24,000 nt of DNA from Methanobacteriota archaeon (GTDB taxonomy: Archaea > Halobacteriota > Bog-38 > Methanoflorentales > Methanoflorentaceae): positions 10,880 through 34,879 of the forward strand of contig CAWDSY010000015.1 in NCBI GenBank assembly GCA_963805115.1, given 5' to 3'. Shown piece by piece: positions 8,031-15,496 of this stretch. The first letter of the stretch is position 1; every line of letters begins with the position of its first letter. A program made the position numbers and the translations under genes. The notes below the pieces were generated by a model. The model ran no database searches. It saw only the letters and a list, made by a program, of their open reading frames with translations, and was not told the origin of the DNA.

Positions 8031-8878
8031 CAGTACCGGAAACCTCCTAAGAGCACGACAAATAATGATCCAATCACGAGATCTGCTGTCGTCCCGGGGT
8101 TGACGTGCCGCGCGAGGAGCTCTTTGTCGAACTCGTCGGCGGCGTCCTGTTTCAGCACTTGAGCCGCTTTTGCTGAAACCTCAAGGGCGACATCAGTGCT
8201 GAATTTTTTCGCTATGAGTGTATCGGGGAACTCGCTGAGGAGTTGAAGAAATAACTGCACAATTGAATTGTTGACAGTGAACCCCGATTCAATGTAGTGT
8301 CGCATCAATTCGGCGCCGTAAAAGGTTCGAGGAAATCCTTCAGCCCACTCCTTTGCTATGGTGTCGTTTGGGCTCGATATTTGCATAACGTCCCACAGGG
8401 TCAGATTTTGTTGCTGAATCGCTTGCAATGAGGACGCGTCATTCACGTCAAGATAGTGATGCTCTCCGACGCGGACGTGGACGCTCCGAAAAGACTCAAA
8501 GAACTGGATCGCGTCAGCGCTCGAAGTCTGCTTGACGACGCGGACGAGGTTAGTCTTGAGTTGAGATATCGTGCTGCTTTTCCGTGCCGCGGCACATAAG
8601 GGGATCAGCAGCAGGATCGCGCCAAAGTGACAATTCCCAGCATTCTGCCAGGTGGTACTCGCTTGAACCGCATCGAGAATCAGACCGCCTATCTGATGCC
8701 GAGCTGACGCTGCTTTTTTAAACACAGCAAAAGTGCCGACTGCGGATGCAAGAAAATGTTCGTAAGTTACATCTGCAAAGTCATGCGTTCGGTCTACATT
8801 GCCCGGCTTTGGCGTCGCGGACACCTCGAGCAACATTGCTAGCTCGGCACAACCGGCTATGAAGTCTGGGTCGTACAT
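8030..8878 (-). CDS. CitG-like protein (triphosphoribosyl-dephospho-CoA synthase family).
   Basis: MYDPDFIAGCAELAMLLEVSATPKPGNVDRTHDFADV contains the CitG signature PKPGxVD. I prefer the ATG at 8878, giving 282 aa and starting 10 nt after the upstream stop. The track's start at 8953 would overlap the upstream gene by 65 nt. Confidence 0.7.
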   Translation of the reverse strand: MYDPDFIAGCAELAMLLEVSATPKPGNVDRTHDFADVTYEHFLASAVGTFAVFKKAASARHQIGGLILDAVQASTTWQNAGNCHFGAILLLIPLCAAARKSSTISQLKTNLVRVVKQTSSADAIQFFESFRSVHVRVGEHHYLDVNDASSLQAIQQQNLTLWDVMQISSPNDTIAKEWAEGFPRTFYGAELMRHYIESGFTVNNSIVQLFLQLLSEFPDTLIAKKFSTDVALEVSAKAAQVLKQDAADEFDKELLARHVNPGTTADLVIGSLFVVLLGGFRY

Positions 8879-8888
8879 GGTGAGAAGC

Positions 8889-10025
8889 TCAGTCGAGGTC
8901 TCGACAGCTGAGAAATCTCTCTGCAAGTTGCTTTTTGAGTAGCATGTACTCAACGTCGGAAAAACCTAGGTCGTGCAGAGTGCTATCTCTCCAGGGGCAA
9001 GGCCTAGTGATTTTGCAGCACCATACCATGCTGCCGAAGCACGTACCTGGTCCCGCCCCTAGCTTTGTGTCATTGAAGCTCTCCTTGATCTGGACGTACT
9101 CTTCATTGGAGATCCCCGCTCTTTTCAGAACATAGCGCAATGGACACTCCTTTACTGGCATGCAACAGTACGCTAACCCCCGCAAGTCCCCTCCGGCGCA
9201 AACGTGTTTTGGCGCATTGTACCAGCCAACTGCTTCTTGATATGACTGAACTTCAGTCAGGATTTCGTCAACAGCGGTGTTGTCGGCCACAGCGGCACGG
9301 GCGACTGAGACGTAATCCGCCCCCATCGAGAACATCTTGTGGGCGCTGGCATAGTCCACGATCGAATTGTTTGCAATGATTTTGAGCGCCGTAGCATCTC
9401 TGATTTTCTTGACCAATGCTGGTCCAGAATCCATCGTGTCGACGTGAATCGCGTCGGCGCCGGCTTTGTCTATAACCTTTGCGAGCTCTATGTCTGCAAC
9501 AACGCCTGCGCGTACCTTCACCGACAGAGGCACGTCTGTTTGTTTGATCTCTCCTATCCATTCGCTGAGCTTGTTGAGGTCGCGCGTGAGACATTGGCCA
9601 GCGCCTACAGCTTCCATTTCAGGCTGCCTGCAGTGGGCGTTTAGCTCGAGAATTGCCCCTTTTTGATGAATCAACTCGGCGATCGCGATCAGTGGCTCCA
9701 GCGTAGTTGACCGAACATTAATACCAGCTTTCATATTGATTGTGCTCATGACTCCGAGCTCGTTTTCGATCACAGGTGTCGGTTCGTCGTAAGCAAATTC
9801 GCTTCGTCCCTTTTTGACGAGCTCTTTCGCCGCTTCGATGGTTGCCGCGTCAAGGTTATATCCACCGAGAATTGCTAGTCCAACGCCCCGCGAGATAGCA
9901 AACGAGCTGTTAGTTAGTCCAGCCATCGAAGCGAGAACTAAGGGATTTGGGATTTGGACATCGCCGATCGTCAGTTGAAAGGCTACTTGAGACACGATGA
10001 AACCTCTATGCGTATCAACGCTCAC
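8889..10025 (-). CDS. NifR3/Dus-like FMN-type TIM-barrel protein fused to a C-terminal 8-cysteine 'methanogenesis marker 9'-type domain.
   Basis: 378 aa with a GTG start. The N-terminal ~260 aa read NPLVLASMAGLTN..ELNAHCRQPEM..VKVRAG..ADAIHVD..GADYVSVARA. The C-terminal ~110 aa carries 8 Cys, including two [YW]CCx5CP motifs (YCCMPVKECP and WCCKITRPCP). Confidence 0.7.
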   Translation of the reverse strand: MSVDTHRGFIVSQVAFQLTIGDVQIPNPLVLASMAGLTNSSFAISRGVGLAILGGYNLDAATIEAAKELVKKGRSEFAYDEPTPVIENELGVMSTINMKAGINVRSTTLEPLIAIAELIHQKGAILELNAHCRQPEMEAVGAGQCLTRDLNKLSEWIGEIKQTDVPLSVKVRAGVVADIELAKVIDKAGADAIHVDTMDSGPALVKKIRDATALKIIANNSIVDYASAHKMFSMGADYVSVARAAVADNTAVDEILTEVQSYQEAVGWYNAPKHVCAGGDLRGLAYCCMPVKECPLRYVLKRAGISNEEYVQIKESFNDTKLGAGPGTCFGSMVWCCKITRPCPWRDSTLHDLGFSDVEYMLLKKQLAERFLSCRDLD

Positions 10026-10129
10026 TCGCTACGCTGAGATGGGCAAGTAGTAATACGGACGTTCAATATTGTATTTTGCTGCTATTTAATTTTACTTTGC
10101 AGACGCTACTCTGCTCTTAACAGATGATC

Positions 10130-11038
10130 TTAACTTTGGGGTGCAAGTATTCGTACGATCTCTTTCGCCAGCTTTTTGCTTTGCTCTATGCCATACATAA
10201 TCGTATCCGCGCGGAGCAGTTCAATATCGCCCGGCAAATCGCTTTGAGAAATGTCGTCGCGATGGTCAACGATCAAGACGTCCAAGAAGTCGCTATAGAA
10301 CTCAGCAACCCCCAAAGAGCTGACCGGAAGTCCACGCGATTCCATGAACTTTCGCGCAGGTCCGCTTATCGGCTCGCTGCGTATTATTGGACTAACAGCA
10401 ATGACAAATCGGTCTTTAAGGATTTGTCGCATTCCGCTTACGTTAAGAATAGGGCCTATGCTTGATATCGGATTTGAAGGCCCAATCACAACAGAACGAT
10501 GCTCTTTTAGCGCTGTTTCTACTTCTTTGGTCATTTTGCCGGCCCGGGACCTCACCTGTGAAACGCTCGGGGCTTGCTGATATTTTACCAGAAAATCTTG
10601 GATATGGATCTCGCCGTTGTCCGTTACGATCGTGGTAGGCACGAAGTCGTCCGTCATCGGGAGGACCCTCGCAGATAATTCGAACGAAGCGCATATCGCA
10701 AGGGTTGCATCAGTTAGCGTTGCCCCCCGTCGCAGAAGGTCGCTGCGGAAAATATGAGTAGCTCGATCAAGCTCGCCTATGATGAGCGCTTCTTTGTGTC
10801 CTAAGCTGGCTAGTTTTTCGTGGGTACAGAAAGTATCCCCGTTGATACCCCACCACCGTTCGCTCACAATTCCAGCTGCGGTGTAGATAACTGTATCAAG
10901 GTCTGGACAAACAAGATTGCCCGAGATCCAGATATCATCTCCAGTATTAGCAATGACGGTCAGTTGAGCGCCAGAACAGTAGAAAAGCAGCCCGCGAAGC
11001 AGCTTAGGGCTACCGGTTCCGCCCGATAAGAGTAGCAA
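10130..11038 (-). CDS. cofD: CofD-family 2-phospho-L-lactate transferase.
   Basis: 302 aa with a TTG start. MLLLSGGTGSPKLLRGL, NTGDD, DLDTV, WGINGDTF, IGPSNPISSIGPIL and SPII..PISGPA follow the CofD pattern. Confidence 0.8.
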   Translation of the reverse strand: MLLLSGGTGSPKLLRGLLFYCSGAQLTVIANTGDDIWISGNLVCPDLDTVIYTAAGIVSERWWGINGDTFCTHEKLASLGHKEALIIGELDRATHIFRSDLLRRGATLTDATLAICASFELSARVLPMTDDFVPTTIVTDNGEIHIQDFLVKYQQAPSVSQVRSRAGKMTKEVETALKEHRSVVIGPSNPISSIGPILNVSGMRQILKDRFVIAVSPIIRSEPISGPARKFMESRGLPVSSLGVAEFYSDFLDVLIVDHRDDISQSDLPGDIELLRADTIMYGIEQSKKLAKEIVRILAPQS

Positions 11039-11360
11039 TGTTCTTCCCTGACGTTCCAGTGAGCTTTTCTAGAATAAATGGGTATGTTATGCGCATAGTG
11101 AACCGTGTTGTTTGGGGACTAGCAAGAGGCGAGCAAGGAATGGAGGAGCCGCGCCGTGCTGCGGCTTGATCGGCCGCGAAACTCTTTCGATTGCTAGTGG
11201 ACGCTAATAGCAGTCTGAACAGTCGCGTCCGTGCAGGCGACAAACCCAAAAGCCTTAAGACTGAGAGCACGATAGAATTAGAGGTGGTGTGGCCGTAGCC
11301 ACCTGACGGTCGCTCGCTTAAGCCTTTGATTTGCCAAAAACTGTCAGCGGGAGTAGATAT

Positions 11361-11714
11361 TTGTCTCGTGGTCACGTTGTTTTGACGAGGAACGCGGGCT
11401 CAGCAGATTTGCGGGTCGACGCAACTCGCGTGGGAAAAGACTTACTCGTCACGTTGGTGGGGGGAAAAGCGCACGTGGGCGCCGTTGCGCTAGGCGGATT
11501 TCACAGGAGGTCGTTTGCTTCGGTGTTAGCTGTTCCAAATCATCGCGATGACATTATCGCTAAAGAAGCCGCTTTGCGAATTTCGAAGGAATTGCGGCAC
11601 AGCTGCGTCGTGGTTGTCGGGATTCACGTCCACAATGTATCTGAAGGGCAAGTCGCAGAGATTGTTGATGCATCATTTTCGCTTGTTGATGAACTTATCG
11701 AGGCTCTCAAATGA
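11361..11714 (+). CDS. Small protein translationally coupled to UbiX; possible LpdD-like prenyl-FMN chaperone. The start is uncertain.
   Basis: The ORF is open from 11331. I prefer the TTG at 11361, which lies 7 nt after GGGAG at 11349-11353. The core reads GKDLLVTLVGGKAHVGAVALGG. The stop overlaps the ubiX ATG (ATGA at 11711-11714). The family assignment is from memory only. Confidence 0.5.
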   Translation: MSRGHVVLTRNAGSADLRVDATRVGKDLLVTLVGGKAHVGAVALGGFHRRSFASVLAVPNHRDDIIAKEAALRISKELRHSCVVVVGIHVHNVSEGQVAEIVDASFSLVDELIEALK

Positions 11715-12265
11715 CGATAATAGTTGCCATTACCGGGGCGAGTGGAGTGCAGTACGGCGTTCGGCTGCTGGAGGCTCTGAATCGACTCGGCGTTGACACG
11801 CAGCTCGTTGTGACTAAAAGTGGCCAGCAGCTTATAGACATTGAGACTAACTACAGCTTGAACTACGTCACGTCGCTAGTCAACCGCACGTACGACGAAA
11901 TGGACCTCGCTGCGCCTATTGCAAGCGGCTCCCACATTAGTAACGGCATGGTGATAATTCCGTGCAGCGTGAAGACGCTTGGAAGTATCGCAAACGGCGT
12001 TTCTTCCAACCTAGTAACGCGCGCGGCAGATGTATGTTTGAAGGAACATAGGAGGCTCATATTGGTTGTGCGCGAAACGCCGTTGAGCGGGATTCATTTG
12101 AGCAACATGCTGAAATTGTCGCAATGTGGAGCTGTAATAGTCCCCGCAAGTCCTGGGTTTTACACACGTCCGACTACGATCGAAGAGCTCATTGACGCTC
12201 TGGTTGCCCGGGTGCTCGATCTGTTGCAGCTTGACCATTCGGTGTCACGACGCTGGGGTGACTAA
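11711..12265 (+). CDS. ubiX: Flavin prenyltransferase UbiX.
   Basis: 184 aa. MTIIVAITGASGVQYGVRLLEAL, PCSVKTLGSIANG and LILVVRETPL are typical of UbiX/Pad1. Confidence 0.9.
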   Translation: MTIIVAITGASGVQYGVRLLEALNRLGVDTQLVVTKSGQQLIDIETNYSLNYVTSLVNRTYDEMDLAAPIASGSHISNGMVIIPCSVKTLGSIANGVSSNLVTRAADVCLKEHRRLILVVRETPLSGIHLSNMLKLSQCGAVIVPASPGFYTRPTTIEELIDALVARVLDLLQLDHSVSRRWGD

Positions 12266-13504
12266 GTGAGACGCTTCATTCAGCATTTAAAGGACTCGAG
12301 GCAGCTCGAAGTCATAACTAAGCCCGTTTCGCCGATATTACAAGCCCCGCGCCTAGCCCGAGGACGAGGACCGGTACTGTTCGAACGCATTGACGGCTCC
12401 CAAGCGATCGTAAACCTCTTGGCCTCGCGCGCGCTACTCGCCCAAGCGCTCAACGTCGACGAACGAGGGCTCATGCATAAGCTTTTGAGCACGGCGGCAA
12501 CGGGAAAAACGGTAGTGCAAGACCTTGCGTGGGACTTGGAACGCACTCCGGACTTGAGCAAGTTACCTATAATGAAGTTTTTCGAGAGAGATGGCGGACC
12601 TTACATCACCGCAGGCGTCGTGGTGGCAAAATATGGTCACAGAATAAACGCGTCAGTTCATCGCATGATGGTCATTGACAAAACTTCGTTAGCCGTGAGG
12701 CTTGTGCCGCCGCGCCACACGTATCTGATGCATAAAGCATCTGCAAAAAAAGCCGAGCCTCTGAACATCGCCGTCGCCATAGGCGTCGATCCTGTCACAC
12801 TATTTGCAACCACAACGCGACTCCCGTGTGGCCTCGAATTCAACTATGCGGCCGCACTGAAGGGAACGGCTCAGACCCTCATTGAATGTGAAAATGGGAT
12901 CCCTGTCCCGCCAAGCGAAATAGTCTTGGAGGGACAAATAAGCCCGACACGAACTACAAATGAAGGTCCTTTTGTGGATCTTACGGGTACTTATGACGTC
13001 GTTCGACCTGAACCGGTTATCGAAGTAACGAGAATGGTGTCGGCTAGAGACCCCATCTATCACTCCATATTGCCAGCAGGCGCCGAACACGCGGTTTTAA
13101 TGGGCATTCCGTATGAACCGCAGATCTACAACGCGTGCAAAAACGTGACAAAAGTGAAGAATGTAGTATTAACGGCGGGAGGACGGCACTATCTGCACGC
13201 TGTTATACAGATAGAGAAACAGACTGAGGGGGATGCAAAAAATGTGATCATGGCAGCGTTTGCGGCTCACACGAGTTTGAAACACGTTGTAGTGGTCGAT
13301 GAGGACATTGATGTCTATGACACTGATGACATAGAATTTGCAATTGCTACCCGCGTCAAAGGCGATTTAGATGTTATGGTTATCCCAAACGTTCGCGGAT
13401 CATCCCTCGACCCGCGTACTGGAAGCGACGGCACGACAACGAAGGTAGGCGTCGATGCAACCGCACCACTGGTCGATCACTGGAAGTTCGAGAGGGTTCG
13501 TTAA
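12266..13504 (+). CDS. UbiD-family prFMN-dependent decarboxylase. It may be the trans-anhydromevalonate-5-phosphate decarboxylase of the archaeal mevalonate pathway.
   Basis: 412 aa. The GTG start directly follows the ubiX TAA. The N-terminus LEVITKPVSP..GPVLFERIDG and the internal GPYITAGVVV, GPFVDLTG and GRHYLHAVIQI match UbiD-family architecture. The substrate call is inference. Confidence 0.85.
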   Translation: MRRFIQHLKDSRQLEVITKPVSPILQAPRLARGRGPVLFERIDGSQAIVNLLASRALLAQALNVDERGLMHKLLSTAATGKTVVQDLAWDLERTPDLSKLPIMKFFERDGGPYITAGVVVAKYGHRINASVHRMMVIDKTSLAVRLVPPRHTYLMHKASAKKAEPLNIAVAIGVDPVTLFATTTRLPCGLEFNYAAALKGTAQTLIECENGIPVPPSEIVLEGQISPTRTTNEGPFVDLTGTYDVVRPEPVIEVTRMVSARDPIYHSILPAGAEHAVLMGIPYEPQIYNACKNVTKVKNVVLTAGGRHYLHAVIQIEKQTEGDAKNVIMAAFAAHTSLKHVVVVDEDIDVYDTDDIEFAIATRVKGDLDVMVIPNVRGSSLDPRTGSDGTTTKVGVDATAPLVDHWKFERVR

Positions 13505-13614
13505 AACGCGTTTGTCCGGTTTGCGCTCGGTGTTTCTCGACGCAGCGCACTAAAGCACGAGCGATTTGCGCAGCGTATGAAAAACCTTAAGATTTACAAA
13601 ACTTAGTCCTAGAT

Positions 13615-14790
13615 GTGCGAACGAGGCTCGCTCTTGAAGGCCAAACTTCTGTTTTAGTGCCGCGTTTGGATCCAAACGCGTCGTACCCTCCATCATCGGC
13701 ACCGGTCTTCTACAATCCACGAATGGAGTTAAGCCGAGACATAAGCGTTGCTTGCATACAGGCTTTTGCCGATAATCAACGCGACGATAGCGGGCTCACG
13801 TATCTAGATGCGCTCGCGGGTTGTGGCATACGAGGTTTCAGAGTTGCGAACGAGGCGCAGGTCGAGGTCACGGTCAACGATTATAACCTCGCAGCTTATG
13901 AGCTGATCAAGAGAAACGCGAAAAGATTCCAGCAGAACGTCCACGTGGAGCACCGTGATGCGAACGCTTTGATGTCAGAAGCTAGGTTCAACGTAATAGA
14001 TGTAGACCCGTTCGGATCCCCAGCCCCTTTTGTTGACGCAGCGTGCAGGTCAGCCAGCAAGATGTTTTGTGTGACCGCGACGGACACGGCCCCTCTAAGT
14101 GGCGCTCATTTTAGTGCCGGCGTAAGGAGGTATTCCGCACTGCCTATGAACACAGAGTATCACGCTGAGACAGGGATACGGATACTCATTGGTGCAATCA
14201 TTCGAGAGCTTGTCAAATATGATAAATCTGCCACTCCAGTCCTCGCACACGCAACCGAGCACTACTATCGGGCTTATTTGCTTCTCGATCGCGGCGCCGA
14301 GCTCGCCAATGCGTGTGTCAGGTCGATGGGGTTTATAGCCCACTGTTTTACTTGCGGACATCGCTATGGGCTCCCAGGGCTGTTTCCTATTCTGCGCCCC
14401 GACTGTGCGATTTGCGGTGCAAAACTTGCCGTGGCTGGACCTCTCTGGCTTGGGACTCTGCACGATCAAAAATTCTGCCAGCAGGTTCTTGAAAACATTG
14501 AGACCGGTATTTTTGGCACTAAGATGCGGGCCGCGAAAATCATAATGCTGTGCCTAAATGAGCTTGATACGGTAACGTTTTTTGACTACCACAAGCTCCT
14601 GAAAGAACTCAAGTGTCCACCGGTTCCTATTGCAACGCTCGTAAGCGGACTACGCACCATCGGTTGTCGCGCATCGAGAACTCACTTTTCGGGCACGTCG
14701 ATTAAGACGGACGCTGATGCAAACACGTTGAAGCGAGTGCTGCTCGATTTGAGCTGCGAGAGCGAGAAAGCTCGACTTAATCACGGTTGA
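13615..14790 (+). CDS. trm1: tRNA (guanine26-N2)-dimethyltransferase Trm1.
   Basis: 391 aa with a GTG start. PVFYNPRMELSRDISV, LDALAGCGIRGFR, IDVDPFGSPAPFVD and a CxxC..CxxC zinc module (CFTCGH..CAICG) are present. Confidence 0.9.
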   Translation: MRTRLALEGQTSVLVPRLDPNASYPPSSAPVFYNPRMELSRDISVACIQAFADNQRDDSGLTYLDALAGCGIRGFRVANEAQVEVTVNDYNLAAYELIKRNAKRFQQNVHVEHRDANALMSEARFNVIDVDPFGSPAPFVDAACRSASKMFCVTATDTAPLSGAHFSAGVRRYSALPMNTEYHAETGIRILIGAIIRELVKYDKSATPVLAHATEHYYRAYLLLDRGAELANACVRSMGFIAHCFTCGHRYGLPGLFPILRPDCAICGAKLAVAGPLWLGTLHDQKFCQQVLENIETGIFGTKMRAAKIIMLCLNELDTVTFFDYHKLLKELKCPPVPIATLVSGLRTIGCRASRTHFSGTSIKTDADANTLKRVLLDLSCESEKARLNHG

Positions 14791-14884
14791 GTATAGAATC
14801 GTTACAGTCCTTTTGAAGACAGCGGCGACAATGTTCGGGAGAACTGACAAGAAACTTGCTGAGCTTTGATCCCGTTGCCAGCAG

Positions 14885-15496
14885 TCACATTCCCAACGTC
14901 TTGCGAATAACTTGAGTGAAGACAAGTGAGCAGATTAGGTACCAAATAAGCCAAACAGGAAAACCGAAGATGACGCCTTGAGTGTATTGCAGTGTTCCAA
15001 AATAGGGCAAGCTGATATTAGGTGACACTTGCTTCGGCCAAGAACCCATTTGCGACATTATGTAACTTAACCAGCCAAAAAGCGGCAGCGAGATGACCAG
15101 TATGTATGGCATAGGCCTCATGGTCTGTGCTTGAACGTCCATGCTAAGCTCCATCACTTCAGCACGTTCTTTCTCGAGCTTTTTTAGTTTGCCTTTGTCT
15201 CCGGCCAGTTGGGCCTCGCGGTAGACCTTCTGAAATTCCTTCATCTTTGCTTGAGACTGTTTTAACTGCTTTTGATCGACGAAGCGGTTTAGCAGCAAAG
15301 ACGAGTAAGAGCCTGTGATGACCGAAAGCAAAAGGATCGTGATGAAAAGGGGGACGTAGAGGGTGGTAATCAAGCCCCCAAGGACATGGTTCATGGCTTG
15401 ACCAACGGGAATTCGCAAAAAAGCATATGCTACTGTCATCACCAAATAAATGAGCAAGAGCCTCGTCATCACGCCAGTTGTGCTTTTTTGTGCCAT
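14885..15496 (-). CDS. DUF106 / EMC3-type membrane protein (archaeal YidC/Oxa1-like insertase).
   Basis: 203 aa. Transmembrane segments flank a lysine-rich coiled-coil hairpin (KQLKQSQAKMKEFQKVYREAQLAGDKGKLKKLEKERAEVMEL), as in Mj0480-type proteins. Confidence 0.75.
   Translation of the reverse strand: MAQKSTTGVMTRLLLIYLVMTVAYAFLRIPVGQAMNHVLGGLITTLYVPLFITILLLSVITGSYSSLLLNRFVDQKQLKQSQAKMKEFQKVYREAQLAGDKGKLKKLEKERAEVMELSMDVQAQTMRPMPYILVISLPLFGWLSYIMSQMGSWPKQVSPNISLPYFGTLQYTQGVIFGFPVWLIWYLICSLVFTQVIRKTLGM

Noticed and set aside
8879-8953. A 25-codon N-terminal extension of the CitG-like ORF.
   Set aside because: It would overlap the upstream gene by 65 nt. The ATG at 8878 starts a CitG-like N-terminus 10 nt after the upstream stop. 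The extension is kept only as an alternative.
11039-11360. RNase P RNA, SRP (7S) RNA or a C/D-box sRNA in the long gap.
   Set aside because: On neither strand could I find the RNase P CR-I (GGAAAGUCC) or CR-IV/V consensus, or the SRP helix-8 GGAA-loop/AGCA motif and Alu-domain UGUAA. There is no RUGAUGA C box paired with the CUGA sites. The class is therefore left open, and it may not be an RNA gene at all.
11010-11375. 121-aa minus-strand ORF filling the cofD/ubiX gap.
   Set aside because: It is Arg/Ser/Thr-rich and of low complexity. It overlaps the cofD start and resembles no family I know. It is most likely spurious.
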